The position numbers and the translations under genes are program-made. From positions 6,314,201-6,378,200 of the forward strand of contig NC_092670.1 in assembly GCF_964355755.1 (NCBI RefSeq): a stretch of DNA of 64,000 nucleotides, in the 5' to 3' direction. This document shows positions 56,866 to 64,000 of this stretch, in pieces. The notes beneath the pieces are model-generated. The model worked only from the letters and a program-made list of their open reading frames with translations, did no database searches and was not told the DNA's origin. Position 1 is the first letter of the stretch. Each line of letters starts with the position of its first letter. Source of the DNA: Antedon mediterranea. Taxonomy: Eukaryota; Animalia; Echinodermata.

Positions 56866-59862
56866 TCAATAATACAAGTTGATTACAGTATATATTTAAC
56901 ATTTTCCTGTGAGAAACAATTGAGGGGCAATTTTAACACTACAGCGAATGCCTATTCAGGAAACACCCCTATTTAGGGAAAGTGGGAATACTCTTTATAT
57001 TCTATCTGGTAAACTCTACAATGTACACAAACTTCATAATGGTAATGTCATTTTAGATGCTAATATCATGTATATACAAATAAATTCCATTATGAGGATG
57101 TGAAAACAATTAAAATGTGAATAACGGGACGATTTCATTTTGGGAGAAAATATTGGTTATTGACAGTTCAAGTTCTCTTTAATTATTCTTCAATTAATTA
57201 TTTACTTTTAATTGATTATCATTTCAATTAATGAATTTTCAGGAATAATATATCAGATTACTGCCATTCTCTCAAAGAATTTATTTTTAGATTTTTGTTT
57301 TCTGGAAACCAGATTGTGGGTTTGAAAATGGAATTTTTAAATAATGTTAAATCAGGGAAGAGTGTAATTTAACTCCCTGGTTAAATTCAATACATTTGGT
57401 GTGCTTAATTCTATAATTACTAATTATCAATTATATAATTAATAATTCTTAATAACAATTTATATGATAATGAAGACAAGCCTCAGGAAATTAATGTTCC
57501 AATTTACGTAGGCATCCGAGCGAGTAAGGGGTGAATCATCTTTTCATAGGGCTTGGTCCCACTATGTTACACGGCACCATAAAGCTGCAACAGTAGGCCT
57601 ACATCTCTAATATTGGCTTAGGTTTCTTCATGTCAAACAAACTGCATGTCTTATTTGGTACATTTTTTTCACTCGTAAGATTTTTTTTCTTTTTTTCCCA
57701 CATTCAATAATTTTCAAGAGCCTAGTTCCATAGTACCCAATATCAAAAATAGATAGCAATCATAATTGTAGACAATCTCAGACTGTACGCTAAAATAGGT
57801 AGTCTGCCATTTTTTGGTTATTTAGTTGTACTTAAATTTTCAGCGCTCATATTGTAAGTAAATTTCTATAATTTCCTTTTTTTTTTACTTGCTTTCAATC
57901 ATCGTTGGATTTACCTAATTTTGGCTTTTGGTTTTTTTTTTTAAAAACTTTTCAAAGTCTTTTCAAATTTTTGTCTGTAACCGATTCCAGATCAAGTATA
58001 CATATGACACGCCATGTGTGCCAAAATGTTTATCTTTCTATAAATATTAAGTTGAATCACCGTCTAGAGAACTAGTAGGTGTCTTCCTATTACCTTGATT
58101 TAAAAAAATAGGCATTCTGTTTTTTTTTTTTTTTAAAGCTGGTTGCATGTTATTGCTTGGTTTAGTATTTGCAACTAATATGTTTATTTTCAATTAAAAT
58201 TTACTAGGAATAAACAATTCCATCTCAATTAATTTATATAGTAGATGCTTATATGAAAATTATTACATTTTTTGTAGTTTAAATATTATGTATTGTTGTG
58301 GCTCAATCTACTCATATGTTTATCCAAGTACATTTTGTAATCAAGATTTTTGCCAATTGCCAATATTTTGTTTTTAATTTATTTATAATTTAAAACATAT
58401 TAATCAACATACCCATCATGTTGCATTGGTGTCATGACCAGAATCATTTGTTGTAGTAATAAAGATTTATTAAGAGCTTTTTAGAATGTGTATTTATGAT
58501 TTCCTTAATATAAAAATGTTTAAATTATTGAAGCATAGCAATAATTGTATGTACTGTGTTCCAATCTATTACTGAATTAGAAGTTAATGCTGTATTGTAA
58601 ATAAAAGTTAACTGTTGTGGTCATAGCGCCTTGTATATAAATCAAAGGAAAGAATGGTTAAATAAAATATTTAGGTTGTATAAACACTATTGTGGAATTA
58701 TATTTTTATTGTAACATGATCCAACCACAAACTTTCCCAGTATATTTTGTATCATTTTGAGTGTATACAGATAAATAATATTACTGTAATAAAACAATTT
58801 TGTTTCTGATTTTTTTTCTCGATGCAGTTGTATTGTGAATTTATGTGCAAATCAATGTCACAAAAACTGTGTGGAGGGCTAGTCTAGTAGGTTCTAGATG
58901 GCAAATCAACTTTTTTTATAAAAAGAAAAACATCTGGCACAAATGGTATTACATGCAGTAGCTATACATTAGCTTGAAGGTCCAATTAAATCCTGTTTCT
59001 AAAATGAGAATTATTTGCCCAATTGCACTCTTTAACATTCATTATTATCACTATATAGTTATTCTATCCGGTCTTCGGTTGGTTTACACTCTTGCTGCCT
59101 AAAGATGGACACTCTTGGTTATATGCGGCTCCAACCTTTTCTAGCATTGCATAACATATTCTTACTTTTACAATTGTTTTATTCATTAAATTTTATCTGA
59201 TCATTACGCCAGGATTTTCCCCATCATTTGTTGTAATAAATAAATCTATTATAACACGTAGGTATAAAAGCCATATTTCTTTTCACAAAAAGCCAAATCG
59301 CCACCTGGAACTAGACTACATCTGGCCTGTATGTGTGAATTGAGACAAGATATGCTTCATTTTTATTTTATAAGATAAAAAAATCAATTATATTTTGAAT
59401 TTATTAAATTAGTTTATTGAAATCCTGCCAATGCATTACAAATAAACCTGTGGTACTGTATTTATCTATATATATTTACAAGTAATTTTTAAACACAACA
59501 GCAAAGCCTGGCTAATTATGGTACACTGCACCAATGTACAGTAACACCATACAGAATATCAGTATCAACTAGACAATAGAGTTTGTATCTTTTTCACAAC
59601 CTTTTCTCCAAAATGTCTGCATAAGTTCCATGAGGACCACCTTGTTGAAAGTACTAAAACAATATGCATTTACTGTATTAATATTAATAATAATACTAAT
59701 AAAACATTTACATAGTAGCATTGGCTTCACAAGAAAAACAGTGTAAAACCGTCTCGCCATACTGTACATAGCTAGCTGTGTGAATAAATTGTTATTGTGT
59801 GTTTCAATCATCTGCTATTCACTGAAGCGTAACATTACGTAATTAATAAGATCAAATTCAAT

Positions 59863-59943
59863 CTATTTAAACAGCATTTTCCAGAGATCTTTCTCTCCAT
59901 ATTCATTCTCATTGAAACCTTTCTTATACATGTTGCCAGGAAT
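59863..59943 (-). CDS. NDUFA10: NDUFA10 last coding exon
   Basis: tctcag|[29 protein letters not shown]; resembles the recalled LPGRKYSPGYN...WIWLK C-terminus. Confidence 0.88.
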   Translation of the reverse strand: MPGNMYKKGFNENEYGEKDLWKMLFK

Positions 59944-62900
59944 CTGAGATAAAACAAAAAAATGGAATATTTTTTATATGTATTTCTTATTTCATACACA
60001 TCTACAACTGCAAGCAATGCGCCAGTCTCACATTGAAAAGAGTGATATAGAAACAATCATGCGTTACAAACCCTTGACCTTTGGATTGAAGGGTAAAACA
60101 TGGTTTCCACTAGCAACGCGTAGTAGCGATGCATCAATGCAAAGTGTTGTATTACCGTGCTACAAACAGTCTAGTTACTATGGGAAATTCACTTTAATTT
60201 CATGCAACAATGTGAGACAAATGCTCAAAAGAAACATAGTACAGCACGTAGTCAAGTACGCAGGCTAACTAAATCAAGGTCTACACAGCAACATTAACTC
60301 AACCAAGCAGGGTTGATCTCTCGCAGGCGTGGGAAAACACATTTATTGGAAGGGCATCTTCCTGCGTTTCGTCAGTTATGTCTGCATGGCGTCGCTAGTG
60401 GGAACCATGTTTTAACCACTAATAACAGCTCCACTATTTCTGTACTTCTACTTACTTGGACAAGGTGTATTTTTTTTAAAATTATTTTGGCTAATCATTT
60501 TCCAACATGAATGATGGACCAATAAAATATATCTTACTTACCTCTTTCCATTCCCGAGCAAGATCTGCTATTTCATGAGCACCGAATGTGACTTCTGGTA
60601 GATACTTCTCCATATCTAGACATCTTGCAACCTTACCTTTATGTGAAACACTGAAGAAGAAAAACTGATTTATTTAATTTATAAATCCAAAGGCAAATTA
60701 CTGAAAAAAAAAACAATCTGTGAGTACTATCAGTGGCTGGATCTCAATAGATACAAAATAAATGTTAAAAAAGCTAAATCAAAATGATAAAGTAAAACAC
60801 CTTGACAAATTTTCAGAGCTTTCGGGCAACAATAGCCTTTCATCAGTGCAAGAGAGAATACTTAAGATAGAATATATTTCAATTAATTATGAAAATATCT
60901 GTTCATAATAATAAAATTAATAATATAAAAACAGATTACAATATTATGATGGAAATTCATGAAGATTGAAAATTCCAAAAATAAACTTACAATCTATATA
61001 ATCGGTCCAGAGTAGCGTTTGAGAGCCCAGTCCATGAAGTGTTGGCAAACTCTAACATTTCAATGTCTTCAATTATCTAAAATATTAATGTAAAAACAAA
61101 GTTTATTAGTGTGAATCTCTATCTACACTACCAAACTCAAAATTTGATGTGCCATTATATGGACATGATGATGCCATATTACTACCATATTTAGGCACAT
61201 CACACTTTTTTGTCAAACTAGATATATGATATGTCTGATATATCATGATTGTATAGCTGACGTCATGTTTATGTCCAAAACTCATGGCTTGACTTATTTC
61301 TCATATGTCTCGTAACAAAACATTTCATAATGTCTTTTAATATTTGAATACCTAGGGTGCACAGTAAAACATTTCTCATTAGGGATGTGTCTTTAACATA
61401 GAACAAAATAAAAAACAAATACCCATCATTTGAGACACCCCTATTCAGGGGACACACACCAAGGGGACACTTTACTGAAATGTTCCATGCTAATAATATC
61501 TATGAATGTCAAAATATAATGCAATTTAACAACATAGAATATAGCATCCTTCAAACTCCCAGGGGGCATGCTGATTCCTGGTTGGTGTTTACCTGATCTA
61601 CATCTCCATATATGCTCCAATCATACGTCAAAATCTCGCTTGTTTCTGCCATCTTTGGAAGAAACTGTTCTTTGTAAATTGTTTCTAAATGTTGTAAGTA
61701 TTCTTCTGGAATATCTGGAATATTGTCCTTTATTAATAAATGAATAAAATGTAATTAATACTAATAAAATACATGAAGTGCCAGAAATACATACATTCTA
61801 CAAAAAATCACTCTTATTACAAAGGGAACTAAAAGAAACATTTTATATAATGTATTACCTTCTGTTTTGAAAGAATGTACCAATATTAACTCGTTTAAAT
61901 TTAATTTTAAAAAACACATTTTATCGTAATTGTTTAATTGAATTTTTATTATATAATTATTTTTTTATATAATAGTTTTAAATTTAAATGTATATAGTAG
62001 ATTCGTATTAGTTAAGTATAGTTTTATATATTTTGTCATTTTCAAGAGGGCCCCTGAATATCAGCTGGCCTGCGGGTTCAGCTGGAAGGGTTACCCTCTA
62101 TAAATAAAGTTGAAATAAAAAAAAAAAAAAAAACAGAGCAAGTATTGGTTATGCGGTTTAGGAGATAGAGCAACAAATTTTGGGTTAGGGTATATAGATT
62201 ATTTATTTATTCATTTATTTTTTTTTTTAACAAGAAATTAAAAATGTTTCTTACTCCTTCACGTTCCTTGAGGCGTTTCTTAGCAATATCAACGGGCGTG
62301 TCTAGGTAAATCACTAGGTGTGGTTCACGAAGCCGATACAGTGATATTTGTTTGATTTCATTGTAGAAATCATAACCTGGAAAAATAAAAAATGTTAGTT
62401 TAAATGTTATTCATTTGCTACTCTCCCAATTCCAGACAACTTGGTCTAGCCAAAAATATCTTAATTTTAAAGAATGTTATGCCTTTGGAATGTTAAAAGT
62501 CTACATGAACTATTGATTCTCCTTATTACTGTTGCACAATTTCATTACTCAACTATGAATGCATGCCAACACTGAGGGCAGTAGAAGATATTACATATTA
62601 TTACTGTATGTTAAGTTAAATTTGAATATGCAGTGTTTAAATGGTACTTACATTGTTTTCTAAAGTAACCCATCTTGTACATAGCTTCCATAAACACAAA
62701 GTCACTGTATACTGACCTATCCATTACGATACCTTGACCTACAAAACAAGAAACATTCAATGGAATAAAGAACAACTATGAATGCCTTTTGGTGGCCAAA
62801 AATGTTTTAAAAAATTTATCAAAACAGTTCTTATGGAATGGGCGTATAGTCATTTAAAATTTAAAGCCTTGTCTACACTATCAAACTTTATGTGTCAAAA

Positions 62901-63963
62901 AAGTTTGATGTGCCTATATATGGTAGTGCTATGCTTAAATATGGTAGTGATATGACATCATCATGTCCATATGGGCTGCGCACATCACATTTTTTTGACA
63001 CATAAAGTTTGATAGTGTAGACAAAGCTTTAGAATATGTTGTTTTGACGGAAATTTCCGTCTTTGGCTTTTTATTGCACAATTTGTTAGAGCAGGTATAT
63101 ATGGACCGTATGTAGAAATTTCAACATCCAAATCGATCTGGACCGCAAATATTTTGATACTTTATTAACCCCTAGGTCAATTGACCCCAGCTGGCCTACA
63201 TCGCGTCCTATCCGTAAACAACAAAATGTGCTTACTGCGGACGAAGCAATTGCAGAAATATTTGCCGACTCCGACTCTGAAAATGAGTATTTATTATCCC
63301 CAGATGATGTAGGTATATTTGTACCTAAATCTGGTTTATAAAATGTAATAAATAATTGGAGATAATTTAGCTAGCCTGGCCTAGGCTAGTTTGTAGAATT
63401 GGTTGAGAATCGTGACACTGACAGACGGTGCAGCAGTCCAGGCTAAAATCCTCATTATCTCTGCTTTGTTCTCCGATTGAGCCTAAAGTGCTAAAAGTGA
63501 GCCAAGTTCTTTGTACAGTTATGTGGTATTACAGTTTTATTTCAATAAAGTGTTTGGTACCATTGGAAAGTTTATTTCTATCTCATTATTTGAGTGTATA
63601 TTGCATGTCTTTCTGATTACAAACACCTTTGCTATGAGCTTTGAAAAACAGGTAAAGTTATCTAAAATGGCTGGCGGTGAGGGGTACTTCCTTTATTGAA
63701 TGCCTGGCGGGGAAAGTGTTAATAGAGGTCATACAATCACTTATGGTCTTTAGCTACATCTCTAAACAACTGTATGTCGCTCTAATACTATAGAAAATTA
63801 AAATTTGACATTTGCATAATCAAAAGGTTACCTGTATTAAACAAATGCTCAAGTACATCAGAATACATCATAAACCGAATACCATACATCATCATTTGCA
63901 TACGAAATGAGTGTCCATCTTTTGCATATGGGTCCTTGTAAAACTGCTCCAAAGAAACATTTC
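59863..63963 (-). CDS. NDUFA10: NADH:ubiquinone oxidoreductase subunit A10 (42 kDa, deoxynucleoside-kinase fold), 3' part: exons 63963-63832, 62738-62652, 62376-62255, 61727-61593, 61076-60991, 60650-60542, 59943-59863; 5' exons lie beyond the right edge
   Basis: Translation contains [58 protein letters not shown] and [11 protein letters not shown], matching recalled NDUFA10. Phases are consistent. Confidence 0.94.
60097..60411. mobile_element. PIF/Harbinger-like MITE related to 33993-34160
   Basis: aacatggtttccactagcaacgc...gcgtcgctagtgggaaccatgtt. Confidence 0.75.
60542..60650 (-). CDS. NDUFA10: NDUFA10 exon
   Basis: [36 protein letters not shown]|gtaagt. Confidence 0.92.
60814..60849 (-). 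ncRNA. Hammerhead motif family A, second copy
   Basis: Reverse complement reads gca-CTGATGA-a-AGGC-tattgtt-GCCC-GAAA-gc-TC-tg. Confidence 0.55.
60991..61076 (-). CDS. NDUFA10: NDUFA10 exon
   Basis: [28 protein letters not shown]|gtaagt. Confidence 0.92.
61593..61727 (-). CDS. NDUFA10: NDUFA10 exon
   Basis: [37 protein letters not shown]...DQ|gtaaac. Confidence 0.9.
62045..62132 (+). mobile_element. 3' tail of the same non-LTR family, with poly(A)
   Basis: gagggcccctgaatatcagctg...cagctggaagggttaccctc, then aataaa, then a poly(A) run. Confidence 0.55.
62255..62376 (-). CDS. NDUFA10: NDUFA10 exon
   Basis: [41 protein letters not shown]|gtaaga. Confidence 0.94.
62652..62738 (-). CDS. NDUFA10: NDUFA10 exon
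   Basis: [29 protein letters not shown]|gtaagt. Confidence 0.95.
62865..63028. mobile_element. MITE family H1
   Basis: agccttgtctacactatcaaacttta...taaagtttgatagtgtagacaaagct; partial copies also at about 42645-42766, 46630-46692, 55744-55843 and 61116-61221. Confidence 0.85.
63166..63722 (+). mobile_element. Possible piggyBac-like relic in an NDUFA10 intron
   Basis: TTAACCC at the left end and ggcggggaaagtgTTAA at the right; internal peptide [29 protein letters not shown] resembles an acidic transposase N-terminus. Confidence 0.4.
63832..63963 (-). CDS. NDUFA10: NDUFA10 exon
   Basis: [43 protein letters not shown]|gtaacc. Confidence 0.92.
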
Positions 63964-64000
63964 CTAACAATAACAAATAAAATTCATTCAATCCAGGTTC

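Noticed and set aside
59249-59326. Alternative NDUFA10 terminal exon (ARCSLVPGGDLAFCEKKYGFYTYVL-stop)
   Set aside because: The exon at 59943-59863 matches the NDUFA10 C-terminus; this one has no similarity and a weaker pyrimidine tract

Overview
AT-rich, intron-rich animal genomic DNA, not prokaryotic; a non-vertebrate deuterostome such as an echinoderm is plausible but is only an inference. I reconstructed three spliced genes by hand with phase-consistent GT-AG junctions. (1) The first four coding exons of RAPGEF4/Epac2 lie on the minus strand (ATG at 16316) and the gene runs off the left edge. (2) A complete SNX13 (TM-PXA-RGS-PX-PXC; 23 core coding exons, about 985 aa) lies on the plus strand, head-to-head with RAPGEF4. 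(3) The last seven coding exons of NDUFA10 lie on the minus strand, convergent with SNX13. Introns hold many non-autonomous elements: PIF/Harbinger-like and Tc1/mariner-like MITEs, a TTAA-flanked TIR element, a 721-bp foldback with an 8-bp TSD, a Helentron-type (HINE/DINE-like) element, tRNA-derived SINE relics and minisatellites. The most notable observations are: a cluster of three frame-preserving candidate microexons plus a candidate terminal exon between the SNX13 PX and PXC domains; two repeat families carrying minimal hammerhead-ribozyme motifs; and a large excess of TACAGTA/TACTGTA motifs that look like Tc1/mariner excision footprints, including one inside a splice donor.
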